Notes under the pieces: generated by a model
Told to the model about the DNA's origin: nothing
Database searches by the model: none
Seen by the model: only the letters and a program-made list of their open reading frames with translations
Position numbers and translations under genes: made by a program
Shown here: positions 44,944 to 58,662 of the stretch, in pieces
Layout of the letters: each line of letters opens with the position of its first letter
Numbering within the stretch: position 1 is the first letter of the stretch
NCBI RefSeq assembly: GCF_009914755.1
Contig: NC_060936.1
Reading direction: 5' to 3' (one strand)
Origin: the human T2T-CHM13v2.0 reference genome, Homo sapiens
Length of the DNA stretch: 64,000 nucleotides

Positions 44944-45269
44944 AAAAAAGGCTTCAGGATGGATCATTTACACTGGGTCAAACATTGACGTTTAAAGGTT
45001 TTACTGTGTGATTGAGGTTTATTATTGGGCATCTTATCAGAATAAAATAATGTGTGGTCTGTGGCATATTTTAAAAAATTTGTAGAAAAGTAGAAGATAA
45101 AAAAAATTACAAGAATACAAAGATCTCTTTGAAACAGTTTATGTGTTAGCTTTTTTCCATATGACATTTATTATTTTCCTTCTGTGCCCTTGCCTTGATA
45201 CATTAAGTGCAGAGCGCAGTTTCCTTCTGCATTTCTAAAACCAGTCCCTTGCTAAAGCTACCTGCAAGA

Positions 45270-45500
45270 ACACGGCAGAGAGGTCAAAAGTGCATGGCCT
45301 TTGCAGCTGGACAAATTTGAATTCTAATCCCTTCTCTGCCCTCTAGTGACTATTGGACTTGAGCAACTCATTTTACCTGACTCAGTTACAAAATATATAA
45401 AATTAGGGTAAAAGACCTACCATTGTAGGTTGTTGTAGTCATGTCATAATCTACATAATGAGCCAACATAGTCTTGTAGCTGGCTGTAGGGCAGTAAGTA
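45270..45500 (+). mobile_element. MIR
   Basis: tttgaattctaatcccttctctgcc...ttgagcaactcattttacctgactcagtt...acctaccattgtaggttgttgt. Confidence 0.65.
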
Positions 45501-46015
45501 GCATCTCTCAAAGTAATGATAAGTTTACTATTGTTATTGATAGTGTCCTTAGGAGCTCTGCTACTTGAGGGCTGTTTATATTCCCCTTGTTATCTGCCCT
45601 CACCTTTTGACCCTCACTTTCCTGCTCATTTCTAAGAACTACTTTATCTGTATCCGATAAAGCTTTCCCTCTTATGTTTCCAGGCAGCTCCAAAAGCCCC
45701 AGGCAGGGCAATGTTGAAGACAAGCAAGCAGACAGACACTATTATCTTCCACCTTATAGGGAACATGAATGTGCTTTTAATGACCAGAGATTCAGGAGAA
45801 ATGCACTAAATCTCCCTGAATATAAAAGGACCATGCCAAAGAATGAGCTGTTTATGGTCACTTTTAATGTGATAGATAATAATAATTTATTTGGTGGTTT
45901 CAAATTTAGAGAGTAAACTTCCAAAAATTAATGAAAACTGTTATATTAGTAAGCCATTGACTAAATTTTTTAGGTCTTCACTCATTCTAGCAGCATGTTC
46001 ATTGAAGATAGTGCC

Positions 46016-46192
46016 AGCCAGGCATGGTGGCTTATGCCTGTAATCCCAGCACTTTGGGAGACTGAGGCAGGAGGATCACATGGGCCCAGGAGTTTGAGGC
46101 TGCAGTCAGCTATGACTGAACCACTGCACTCCAGCCTGAGCAATAGAACAAGACCCTGTATCTTAAAAAATAATAATTAATTTATTTAAAAA
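46016..46192 (+). mobile_element. Monomeric Alu (FAM/FRAM-like or recombined AluJ)
   Basis: Single ~150-bp monomer plus A/T tail; TSD GAAGATAGTGCC at 46004-46015 and 46193-46204. Confidence 0.9.
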
Positions 46193-46600
46193 GAAGATAG
46201 TGCCTAATAGTTGTGGACATTGGGAAGAAAGAGTATGACTTTTTGGTCCTACTTTACAATAGTTTCTCAAAAATTCTCATGTCGGCAGGACACGGACCCA
46301 TAAACTTACTTGACTACAGGAGTAGCCCTTCTAAGTGTCACCCAAGACGTAAATTAAGTCCATAGCATATTATAATACATCATTTCAATTTTTAATTCAC
46401 AGTGTAATATCTCAGGGCAATTGTTCTTTAGATAAAAATTGAATGAGATTATTTAATATCAGAAATACATTACTTAAGTCATTCTGTATAAATGTATAAA
46501 TGTCTTAAAACCATTGGGATGTGAAATTATGCAAGATTTACCTAGCATACCTATGTTGTCATTGTTTCAGGAAAAATTATTAGTATTTTTACTGTATCTC

Positions 46601-46775
46601 TTTTTTTACATTTTATTATTATTATACTTTAAGTTTTAGGGTACATGTGCACAATGTGCAGGTTTGTTACATATGTATACAAGTGCCATGTTGGTGTGCT
46701 GCACCCATTAACTCGTCATTTAGCATTAGGTATATCTCCTAATGCTATCCCTCCCCACTCCCCCCACCCCACAAC
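46601..46775 (-). mobile_element. L1PA4-like 3' end
   Basis: ttattatactttaagttttagggtacatgtgcac...ccccacaac. Confidence 0.93.
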
Positions 46776-47130
46776 TTTATCTTATTTTTAAAACTTACTT
46801 TTTTAATGCATGTATATATGTTTCTTGACATTTTGCCTTCTGGTAGGAATTTGGGACTGCTGGATCATAGGGACAGCATACACATTTGTGATCATATTAT
46901 TTTAAATGATTAATCATGTTGTGTAAACAGTTCACATGGTCTCACACAGAAAATCTTTGATCAAAAGCTTTTGTTTTTCTTAAATCATGTAAGAATAAGA
47001 GATTCTGTTTTGTGAAAGGACCCATTTGTTTTCCAGGGCTATGCAATCTCGCCTTAGCTGAAGCAGACTAAATGAGCAATAGTGACATGTATCAATGAAA
47101 TAATATGCACACTTTTGGTTTACCTTGCAG

Positions 47131-47207
47131 GTGCACCCACCCTATCCCCAAGTCTTCTCGGCTTACTGCTGCCTGCCTTTGGCATCCTTGTCTACTTGGA
47201 ATTCTGA
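47131..47207 (+). CDS. CNTN1: Contactin-1 terminal coding segment: GPI-anchor signal peptide
   Basis: ttttggtttaccttgcag|GT GCA CCC...GAA TTC TGA; phase 1 fits the 6455 donor; (G)APTLSPSLLGLLLPAFGILVYLEF* is a spacer plus hydrophobic tail. This frame is not in the ORF track. Confidence 0.96.
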
Positions 47208-47393
47208 ATGTGTTGTGACAGCTGCTGTTCCCATCCCAGCTCAGAAGACACCCTTCAACCCTGGGATGACCACAATTCCTTCCAATTTCTGCGGCTCCAT
47301 CCTAAGCCAAATAAATTATACTTTAACAAACTATTCAACTGATTTACAACACACATGATGACTGAGGCATTCAGGAACCCCTTCATCCAAAAG

Positions 47394-47399
47394 AATAAA
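47394..47399 (+). terminator. Candidate proximal polyadenylation signal
   Basis: AATAAA ~190 nt after the stop, followed by T-rich sequence; a second AATAAA at 47310. Confidence 0.4.
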
Positions 47400-49560
47400 C
47401 TTTTAAATGGATATAAATGATTTTTAACTCGTTCCAATATGCCTTATAAACCACTTAACCTGATTCTGTGACAGTTGCATGATTTAACCCAATGGGACAA
47501 GTTACAGTGTTCAATTCAATACTATAGGCTGTAGAGTGAAAGTCAAATCACCATATACAGGTGCTTTAAATTTAATAACAAGTTGTGAAATATAATAGAG
47601 ATTGAAATGTTGGTTGTATGTGGTAAATGTAAGAGTAATACAGTCTCTTGTACTTTCCTCACTGTTTTGGGTACTGCATATTATTGAATGGCCCCTATCA
47701 TTCATGACATCTTGAGTTTTCTTGAAAAGACAATAGAGTGTAACAAATATTTTGTCAGAAATCCCATTATCAAATCATGAGTTGAAAGATTTTGACTATT
47801 GAAAACCAAATTCTAGAACTTACTATCAGTATTCTTATTTTCAAAGGAAATAATTTTCTAAATATTTGATTTTCAGAATCAGTTTTTTAATAGTAAAGTT
47901 AACATACCATATAGATTTTTTTTTACTTTTATATTCTACTCTGAAGTTATTTTATGCTTTTCTTATCAATTTCAAATCTCAAAAATCACAGCTCTTATCT
48001 AGAGTATCATAATATTGCTATATTTGTTCATATGTGGAGTGACAAATTTTGAAAAGTAGAGTGCTTCCTTTTTTATTGAGATGTGACAGTCTTTACATGG
48101 TTAGGAATAAGTGACAGTTAAGTGAATATCACAATTACTAGTATGTTGGTTTTTCTGCTTCATTCCTAAGTATTACGTTTCTTTATTGCAGATGTCAGAT
48201 CAAAAAGTCACCTGTAGGTTGAAAAAGCTACCGTATTCCATTTTGTAAAAATAACAATAATAATAATAATAATAATAATTAGTTTTAAGCTCATTTCCCA
48301 CTTCAATGCAATACTGAAAACTGGCTAAAAATACCAAATCAATATACTGCTAATGGTACTTTGAAGAGTATGCAAAACTGGAAGGCCAGGAGGAGGCAAA
48401 TAATATGTCTTTCCGATGGTGTCTCCCAAGTGTTGGTGCTTTGGGTTTTTATAAGTTGTGAAAAGGAAGATGCACATTTCTTCATTCTCCATGGTGTGCA
48501 TGGAAATGTGTTTGAGTGTGGATGTAAAAGAAATCGAGTAATAAAGAATTAGCTGGCTTGTGAAATAGTGCAGTGTTGGATGCTTCAAGAGGTATAATCC
48601 TATTTTATTAGCACAAACTTGCTAGCTAATTAGAGTTTATCTTTTTAGAAAGGACACCGTATAGGTTCGTAAAAAATATTTACAGGAAGCAAAATAGATC
48701 TATTACTACTTTACCGACTTTACCCCCTTTCTTTAATTTGTATAATTTTTGTACTATATATCGATGTGTAAATGTTTAGAGTCTTCATTATGAAAATATC
48801 AATAAATATTTCATTAGTTTACATTTAACTCTGGTATAAAATGAAACTTTTAAAAATAAGTGAAATGGATGATTTCCCAGTGGAAGTATGTCAACAGTCT
48901 TAAGATCATTGCCAGATTTCATAAAATATTTAAGTATTTGAAAAAGAAACAAAATGTCTTCATACTTTAGGGAAACGAATACCCTGTATACCTTCTGTAC
49001 AAATGTTTGTGTTTTCATTGTTACACTTTGGGGTTTTACTTTTGCAATGTGACCCATGTTGGGCATTTTTATATAATCAACAACTAAATCTTTTGCCAAA
49101 TGCATGCTTGCCTTTTATTTTCTAATATATGATAATAACGAGCAAAACTGGTTAGATTTTGCATGAAATGGTTCTGAAAGGTAAGAGGAAAACAGACTTT
49201 GGAGGTTGTTTAGTTTTGAATTTCTGACAGAGATAAAGTAGTTTAAAATCTCTCGTACACTGATAACTCAAGCTTTTCATTTTCTCATACAGTTGTACAG
49301 ATTTAACTGGGACCATCAGTTTTAAACTGTTGTCAAGCTAACTAATAATCATCTGCTTTAAGACGCAAGATTCTGAATTAAACTTTATATAGGTATAGAT
49401 ACATCTGTTGTTTCTTTGTATTTCAGGAAAGGTGATAGTAGTTTTATTTGATACTGATAAATATTGAATTGATTTTTTAGTTATTTTTTATCATTTTTTC
49501 AATGGAGTAGTATAGGACTGTGCTTTGTCCTTTTTATGAATGAAAAAATTAGTATAAAGT

Positions 49561-49566
49561 AATAAA
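49561..49566 (+). terminator. Probable distal polyadenylation signal
   Basis: AATAAA preceded by U-rich sequence; another AATAAA at 49661; interspersed repeats resume ~0.7 kb later. Confidence 0.6.
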
Positions 49567-50259
49567 TGTCTTATGTTACCCAAGAAAGAACAACTGTCCT
49601 TTCAATTTACCTCAAGTTTAAATTTTTTAGAAGGTTTTCATTACAAGTTCGATAGCAGGGAATAAATATTCTGGTTAAGCAACAGTTCAGTATTTGAAGT
49701 ACTACAAAAAGTACACACATAGAAACACACACAGAGTCATTATTACATTGAAATAAGTTCACCTGGTAAATAACTTCAACCCATAAAGATGTCAGTGAAT
49801 ATCATTCAATGTAAAGTGAAACACTAAAGCCAGCTGCTAGATGCTAAGAAAATGAGACTTTGTAACCCTGAATGAGCGAGTCTGGAATAGAGGTATCTGC
49901 ATAATGGCATGAATCTATAGGAGGAGTCTGCTACAGGTAAAGCTTCTGAGTCCTGAGACAGGCTGGGCCCAGAAAACTGCATCCCACGGCTGCCTGTGTC
50001 CTGCCTTCCCATTTTCTCCTGTGTTCTGATCGTGGTTTCGCATTGGAATTCTCATCTCCCTTCCTGTTTCATGAAGCTTGCTTCACCCTGGATTCTGGTT
50101 TTCCTTTTTGGACGTTGTCTCTGTTTCTAGACCTTAAGTATTAGATTACTTCCCTTCTAATATTTTGTATTTGGTATTTGACCTTCAACTGACCCCAGCT
50201 CAGATTCTCCAGGCTTTGGGAGATCAAAGCTTCTTTCTGCGAGAGTGTGTTCCATGTTA

Positions 50260-50400
50260 ATGATTCTCAAACCTGGTTGCCCATCACGATCACCTGGAGA
50301 ATTAGAAAAATTAAAATGAATTCCCTGGACCCCAGTCCAGATTTACCAAATAAGAATCTGGGGAGTGAGCTATATTTTGGAGGGAATGTTCAGTACTATC
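50260..50400. mobile_element. MER5-like hAT remnant
   Basis: tgattctcaaacctggttgcccatcacgatcacctggaga...aagaatctgggg. Confidence 0.6.
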
Positions 50401-51118
50401 TTACAGGGAGTTGGGTTTGAGGTTTTCATGATCACTGCAGGCTAGATTAACTGATAGTGTCAACTGAAAGAAGAATATATTTCAATAGCCTGTCTACATA
50501 ACTTAATATCTCTTCAGAAAAAAAAAGAATCCATAAACTTTGCTTGCTTAAAATGCTGATTTGTTTATAATTATTCTTATCTTTTGTTCTACATCTTAAT
50601 ATCAAAATACAATACACTTTTTGTCTGGCAAAAATATCCCCTACCTTGTTTGTATCCAGACTGCAGACAAAAATGCACCTCAGAAGATTTCTTCTCTAAA
50701 GGAATGTGGACTTTTTCTTTTTCCTTCATGATACTTGGAAAATGAATTACATTTTAATACTTAATTTCCTGAGTCTATCATCTTCCGGAGGTTGCTAATA
50801 AAAAAAAATGATGAAAGCCTCCCTCAAACTTCAGAATAGACACATGATGACTTTGAATGAATTGACTTGTAAACTAGTTTATAGGTTTCACCATTGCTCA
50901 TCCTATTTTAAAACCAAGTTTCACTTTTCCATTACTAGAAATAAGTCTGCTACCTGGGGTAATTATATCAGTTCCTACAATGTCATTACTAATTTTGCTC
51001 TAGAATTCAGTCAGGCGCATCTTAAAGCACAACCGTGAAGTTAATCCTTTTTCATTCAGGATCATTTTCTTTGACACATGCTGCCTTGAAAGCAAAGTCA
51101 AATATCTTAATCTTTTCT

Positions 51119-51537
51119 TGCATTTGTTTCCCAGAACTGCAGTAAAAATTAGCACAAACCAAGGGGTTTACAACATAACTTATTTTCTCACAGTTCTTGG
51201 AGCTGTAAGTCTAAAATGAAGGTGTCAGCCTGCCTTCTGGAGACTCTGAGGGAGAATCTGTTCCACACCCCTCTTTCGTAGCTTTTCATGGTTGCAGGCA
51301 GTGCTTGGTATTCCTTGGCTTGCAGCTGCAACACTCTAATCTCTACCTCTTGTCATACGGCATATTCCCTGTGTGTCTTGGTGTCCGCATTTCTCTCTTT
51401 TATCAGGACACCAGTCACTGGATTATGGACCACCTTAATATCCAGCATGACCTCAATTTAATTACATATGCAAAGACCCTATTTCTAAATAAGGTCACAT
51501 TCACAGGTACTGAGTGGACATATATTTTGTCTCAACC
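51119..51537 (-). mobile_element. MLT1B/C-like MaLR LTR
   Basis: ttctcacagttc...tgagggagaatctgttcca...aggacaccagtcactggatta...aataaggtcacattcacaggtac. Confidence 0.8.
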
Positions 51538-51639
51538 TAGTAGTTCTCATTTCCTCTTTTTAAAACCTGATATGCATCACTCACACTAATGTGGATATGA
51601 CTGAAATGCTGCTCTAAGCATCTTTTCAGAAAGCATTTA

Positions 51640-51945
51640 TGTTGATAATTTACAACAATATGGATGAAACTCAAATGCATTATGCTAATTGAAAAGAAGC
51701 CAGATTCAAAATGCTGCGTGATGCCATTTATAGAACATTCTGGAACAGTCAGAATGCTCGTGGTTGCAAGGAGTTGAGAGGAGGTGGAGGGTCTGACTGC
51801 GCAGAAGCAGCATGAGGGAACTCTTAGGGGCAGTAGAACTGGTTGTGGTGACTCAAATCTATGCATTTGTCAAAACTCACAAAATTGCCCATCAAAAGGG
51901 TGAGATTTACAGTATGTACATTAAAACAACTTTTTAAAAAATGAA
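51640..51945 (+). mobile_element. Old L1 (L1MC/ME-like) 3' fragment
   Basis: tggatgaaactcaaatgcattatgctaattgaaaagaagccaga...tgcatttgtcaaaactcaca. Confidence 0.75.
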
Positions 51946-52394
51946 ATTTTGAAAAGATCATGACCATTGGACAGATCTGTGATAATATTTTAATGCTACC
52001 TGTTATTACCTGTAAGATCTTGGAGAAGAAATGTAACCTTCTGAGGTTCAGTTTCCTCTTCTGTAAAATAGGGATAATACTTCTCCGTTGTTCAGAATTC
52101 TTTTAGTTGCAAATGACAGACACTCAACTCCAATAGCTTTAATAAAAAAAAAAAAGAGAGTCTATTGGCTCAAATAATGTAGTCTCTAAGATGGAATAGA
52201 TATAAGGTCTTTAGTAATGTTCTCAGGGTTTCTCTTCATCAGTGGATTCAGCATCTCTGGCAGGCTATCTTTTTGTGGGAGGAATCCGGGGTGCTGACAG
52301 TTCCAAACCTACATCCTCCTGATCAATGGCCCAAAAGTATTAGAGCCTCTCTCATTCTGACTCAGCATACATAGAAAATCTCAGTGAAGACTCA

Positions 52395-53005
<611 letters not shown>

Positions 53006-53264
53006 TCAGGTGGCTGTCAGCACGAAGACCCTCCTTTTACCACATTTTAAATGTGCACTATTCCTGGTGATGAAAGGTGAAGGAAAACCATTGTCAATCA
53101 GTCCCATCTACACTGCTTTTATTATTTCTAAGAATGACATGAATATCCAAGGGACTTTGAAACTTCATTAGAAAAGCTTATCCACATTACTCAGGCACTT
53201 CAATTAATTACAGGGAAGAGACGTGTCACATTAAAGTGCTGCAAACACATGCACTATTTTAAGT

Positions 53265-53737
53265 GAACTATATTCGTTATCCACAAAACCTCAGTGGCAT
53301 ATAACAATAAAAAAATTGCTCACACATTTGGACAGCAGTAGGTCAGATACGTGGCTTTGCTTATCTGAACTGAACTCCCTCACATGTTCGGGAGTCAGCT
53401 GACTGTCAGCTGTTCAAAGCTGCCCTTAGATGGGGCCTTTAGGATAACTTGGCTCCGCTTCACTTTTCTCCCATTCTCCATCAGGCTAGACCTAGCACGT
53501 TCTCACGGCTGACAGAGGTGCAAGAAAGCGAGTGGAAACATGTAGCTACTCTCTCAAGCTTTTGCTTGCCTTATGTCTGTTAACATCCTATTGACAAGAT
53601 CGAGTCATATTATAAACCCAGAGCCAAGAGGCAAGGCAGGTCACCCACATATGTGGGTGGGCACTTTAAAGGTACAGCAAAGTGTGTGGATATAGGGAGT
53701 GTTGAAGAATTGGAGCTAAATGATGTAATGTACCACA
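53265..53737 (-). mobile_element. Old MLT1-type LTR
   Basis: ccacaaaacctcagtggcatataacaataa...tgctcacac...catcctattgacaag. Confidence 0.55.
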
Positions 53738-54156
53738 GATACTTACCAAATTCCACTGGATCTAAGAGGCCATCAATTTTACTATTAAAAAAGAAAAAAA
53801 TTTATAATTAAACTATAACACAATGCTTGTTTATCATGTAGAATTGTTATTCTTATTGAAACAGCTACTTATTTGGAAATATGTTTTTATGGTTTGTTAT
53901 GCATAGACAATGAAGAAACTATACAAAAATTGTGCTAACATAGTCCTACAAATTCTCCACATTTAGAATAAGACTCTCATAAATCATTCCTAAACTCTGA
54001 GTAGTTGATGTTTGTATTTTGTTACAAAATGTCATATTTTGGTGGTATTGGTGTCTACATCATTACTTAAAGGATGCTCCAATATTTCTTTCAAGCTTCT
54101 GATGCCCATTCTGCCAGTGTTTTCTTAATCTTATGAGACATCAACAGAAAGTTATT

Positions 54157-54690
54157 GTGGCCATTGAAAAAAACATGTTCATAAACTCTTCTCTTCAAGA
54201 GGTGGAATGTAATTCTGGTCCCCTTGAGGGTGTGCTGAATTTAATGAATCACCTCTAGAGAATGGGATAAAGCAGAAGTGACAGTGAAGGACTTTGGAAG
54301 CTAGGTCATTAAAAGCCAGTGTGGTCTCCATTTTAATCATTCTCTCTCTCTCTCTCTTAGATCAATGTCTCTTTGAGAAGCCAGTTGTTATGTTCTGAGG
54401 GAATTCAGTCAGCCCTGTGGAGATACTCATATAGTGAGAAACTGATACCTCCTGCCAGCATCCCTGTGAGTGAGCCATCTTGCAAGCATATCAGCCTCAG
54501 TCAAGCCTTCAGATGAATACAATCTAGGCTGAAAGCCTAACTGCAATGTAATGAAAGACCTTGAGCTAGAACCACCCAAATATCTGCTCCCAGGTTTATG
54601 ACCTTCAGGAACTATGTGAGATAATAATTATTTGTTGTGTTAAGCCACTACATTTTGGAGTAATTTATTATATAGTAATAGATAACTACA
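54157..54690 (+). mobile_element. MLT1F-like MaLR LTR
   Basis: caagaggtggaa...gtgagtgagccatcttg...cagtcaagccttcagatga...ttttggagtaatttattatatagtaatagataac. Confidence 0.75.
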
Positions 54691-56622
54691 CAATTGGCAT
54701 ATGATTAAGACTCTTAAGTGACTTGTTGACAAAAATTTAAAAAAATGAAGTTGTCCAATTTGACCAATAGAAATAACAAAGGTAACCCTATATGCCCAGC
54801 TACTCTATTTTCATGTATTTCTGTATGCTATTATTTAATTTCAGTGCTGAATTATAAGACACTTAAAAAGCATTCAAACTCCTGTGTTATCTCCAAAATA
54901 TTTCCAACTCAACTGAAGTAATGATAATATAAAAAGTTATGATAAGGTGACTTATGTGTAAGCAGTAACAACTCTGCCATAGTTGTCTCCTGGCTAAGTG
55001 CAATTGAAAGATACCATTAATTTTAAGATGCATCCTATTTTAAGAGATGTTAACATATTTTAAAAATGTGTGGAATAGAAATATGGTACTTATCAGTTCT
55101 TATGAACACTTGCAGCTTCTTTGACTAAATTTAGGGTAAAGAAGATGAAAGTTATATTTAGGTTAGGATGTTGAAAAGTAATTGGTTTACTGAAGATGCA
55201 AGACTCCAGTTTGGCTGTCTGGGATCCCAGTGGGAGCTGAGATGAGCATGGCTGTCCAGGGAAATAGTTTTTACCTTTATAGCTATCATAAAGGCAACAG
55301 CTCAAAGAGTTATATTTAACTCAACTGTTTCACTATTTCTTTACATCTTCACACATTAGTACAAGCCCATGCATGAAATAAGGACTCAACACATATACAA
55401 TGAATGGATTGTTGAATAAAAAACAGAGGTTTTAGATTTTCAGTGTTTTAGCATATTTTCTAGAAATATTTTTATGTTACTTGATTGATAATGTGCTTAT
55501 TTCACATATTCTAATATCGCGAGAACTCTTTACTAAAATAACAATCGGCTTTTGACAATGCTATGTTTACAGGTTTAAGTCTGTAAAAAATTGCAGGTGG
55601 AGAAAAGGCTCATTGAAGGGTGATCACTAGAGAGGAAGAAATGTATCTATAGTTGTACACCCAGGACATATCCAGGACCTCCTCTTCTGAGTATTGTTTC
55701 TGCAACATTTCATTTCTAAATGTTTGCACCACAGGCATGCTAGATCATATTAACATAAGCAATAATACTCTAAAATTTGTGGCACACACTAACGCCCTAT
55801 GCACAATGTCTCATTTATTATTTATTTTTATGTATTTATTTATGTATTTTATTATGTATTTCTCTATTTTATCTCCAATCCCACATCACACCATGCTTTC
55901 ACTGTCATGTATTCAATGTTTGTCCTTTCAATTAATCTTCTTTATTTTATTTATATGCTATTACATGAACAATAAATAGGATTCATATATTTGGTTTTAT
56001 TTATATAAATTATATTTTGCTGCATATTCTATTCTGCTTCATAGCTCTTTTGGTTAACATTACTTTTTCTGATATATCTATATGTATTTCTAGTTTATTC
56101 CCCTGGTTAATTTTGGTACACTTTATCACTTTGTTCCCATTCTGTTTTATAATCTCCCCACTGGAGATAATTTTACAGTAAACATTTTGCATGCTTCTTC
56201 ATGTAACTCTATGGGAATTTTTCTGGCTACCATTCAGTAATAGAATTACTAGATTATTGTACATGTGTATAATATACTATTTATCATGCATATTCATTCA
56301 TTCAACAGCGTACTTCTCCTCTCCATGTTGAGGATACAGCAATGAGAAAAATTAAGTCATACCAATTTGAAAAAGGTGACTCCAATTTTCACTTCTTTCA
56401 ACACTTGAGGATTTCCATTTTCTCATCCAAGCTTGATATTATATAGATACAAAATTTACCCAATCTGGTCGTGTGTAAAGTGTTTTAATTTACATTTCTC
56501 TGATTACTAAATGTTCTGACTGCCTCTTTGTATAATTATTACTTATATATTTTTCTTTTGTGAATCATCTGGTCATAACAAAACATTTTAACATTCTATA
56601 GAAATCTTAAACATACACATAC

Positions 56623-56986
56623 TGATATGGTTTGGCTGTGCCCCCACCCAAATCACATCTTGAACTGTAGTTCCCATAAAGCCTATATGTCATGGGAGGG
56701 ACCCAGTGGTAGGTAATTGAATCTCAGGGACAGGTTTTTCCTGTGCTACTCTCCTGATAGTGAATGGGTCTCATGTGATCTGATGGTTTTATAAAGGGCA
56801 GTTCCCCTGCACATAGTCTCTTGCCTGCCACCATGTAAGACATGCCTTTGCTCCTCCTTCACCTTCTGCCATGATTGTGAAGCCTCCCCAGCCATGTGGA
56901 ACTGTGAGTTGATTAAACCCCTTTTACTTTATAAATTACCCAGTCTCAGGTATTTCTTCATAGCAGTGTGAAAATGGACTAATACA
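56623..56986 (+). mobile_element. THE1 (THE1C/D-like) 5' LTR
   Basis: tgatatggtttggctgtg...attaaacc...tagcagtgtgaaaatggactaataca; 364 bp, TG...CA. Confidence 0.93.
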
Positions 56987-58583
56987 CTAAATTGGTACCA
57001 GTAGAGAGGGGTACTATAAGGATATCCAAAAATGTAGAAGTGACTTTGAAACTGGGTAACAGGCAGAGGCTGGAACAGTTTGGAGGGCTCAGAAAAAGAC
57101 AGGAAAGTGTGGGAAAGTTTGGAACTTCCTAGAGACTTGATGAATAGCTTTGACCAAAATGCTGATAGCGATATGGACAATGAAGGCCAGGCTGAGGTGG
57201 TCTCAGATGGATATGTGGAATTTGTTGGGATCTGGAATAAAGGTGACTGTTGCTATATTTTAGCAAAAAGACTGGTAGCATTTGTCCCTGCCCTAGAACG
57301 CTGTGGAACTTTGAACTTGAGAGACATGATTTAGGGTATCTGGTGGAAGAAATGTCTAAGCAGCAAAGCATTCAAGAGGTGACTTGGTTGCTGTTGAAAA
57401 CATTCAGTTTTATGTGTTCACAAAGGTATGGTTTGGAATTGAAACTTATATTTAAAAGGAAAGCAAAGCATAAAAGTTTGGAAAATTTGCAGCTTGACAA
57501 TGCAATAGAAAAGAAAAATGCATCTTCTGAGCAAAAATTCAAGCTGACTGCAGAAAATTGCATATGTATCAAGGAGCCAAATGTTAATTGCAAGACAATG
57601 GAGAAAATGTCTCCAGTCCATGTCAGAGGTCTTCATGGCAGCCCGTTCCATCAAAAGCTGGTAGGCCTAGGAGGAAAAAATGATTTCGTGGGCTCAGCCC
57701 ACAGCTTTGCTGCTCTGTGTAGCCTCAGGACTTGGTGCCCTACATCCCAGCATGGCTAAAAAGGGTCAATGTACAGTTCAGGCCACTGCTTCAGAGGGTG
57801 CAAGGCCCAAGTCTTGGTGGTTTTCACATGGTGTTGGGCCTGCGTGTACACAGAAGTCAAGAATTGAGGTTTGGGAACCTCTGCCTGGAGTTCAGAGGAT
57901 GTAGGGAAACACGTGGATGTCCAGGCAGAAGTGTGCTGCAGGGTCAAAACCCTCATGGAGAACCTTTGCTGGGGCAGTGCAGAAGGGAAATCTGGGGTGG
58001 GAGTCCCCACAGTGGGTCTCTACTAGGGCACTGCCTAGTGGATCTGTGAGAAGAGGACCACCATCCTCCAGACCCGAGAATGGTATATCCACTGGCAGCT
58101 TGCAACATGTGCCTGGAAAAGCCACAGACACACAATGCCAGCCTGGGAAAGCAGCCAGAAGGGGGCTATACCCTGCAAAGCCACATGGTCCCAAAGATCA
58201 TGGGAACCCACCTCTTACATCAGCCTGACCCGGATGTGAGACACAGAGTCAAAGGAGATCATTTTGGAGCTTTAAGTTTTGACTGCCCTGCTGGATTTTG
58301 GACTTGTGTGGGGCCTGTAGCCCCTTTTTTTGGCCAATGTCTCCCATTTGAAATGGGTGTATTTACCCAACGCTTGGGCCTTCATTGTATCTAGGAAGTA
58401 ACTAACTTGCTTTTGTTTTTACAAGCTCATAGGTGGAAGGGACTTTCCTTGTCTCAGGTGGGACTTTGGACTGTGGACTTTTCAGTTAATGCTGAAATGA
58501 GTTAAGACTTTGAGGAACTGTTGGAAAGGCAAAATTTGTTTTGAAATGTGAGAACATCAGATTTGGGAGGGCTAGGGGCAAAA
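56987..58583 (+). mobile_element. THE1 internal region
   Basis: aattggtaccag start, typical ~1.6-kb MaLR internal sequence, purine tract gggagggctaggggcaaaa before the 3' LTR. Confidence 0.92.
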
Positions 58584-58615
58584 TAATATGGTTTGGCTGT
58601 GTCAGCATCCAAATC
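58584..58615 (+). mobile_element. Start of THE1 3' LTR, interrupted by L1
   Basis: taatatggtttggctgtgtc...ccaaatct repeats the start of the 5' LTR. Confidence 0.88.
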
Positions 58616-58619
58616 TTTT

Positions 58620-58662
<43 letters not shown>

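Larger units (their letters stand above)
47208..49590 (+). other. CNTN1: CNTN1 3'UTR (long form, end approximate)
   Basis: AT-rich unique sequence with no interspersed repeats after the stop; AATAAA at 47310, 47394, 48540, 48801 and 49561; short (AAT)n at ~48256-48278. Confidence 0.75.

Noticed and set aside
47125-47358. 77-aa ORF over the terminal exon
   Set aside because: Wrong frame; the spliced phase-1 frame gives the GPI signal ending at 47207.
56929-58394. Dense cluster of overlapping ORFs
   Set aside because: Lies in THE1 internal sequence; no coherent protein.
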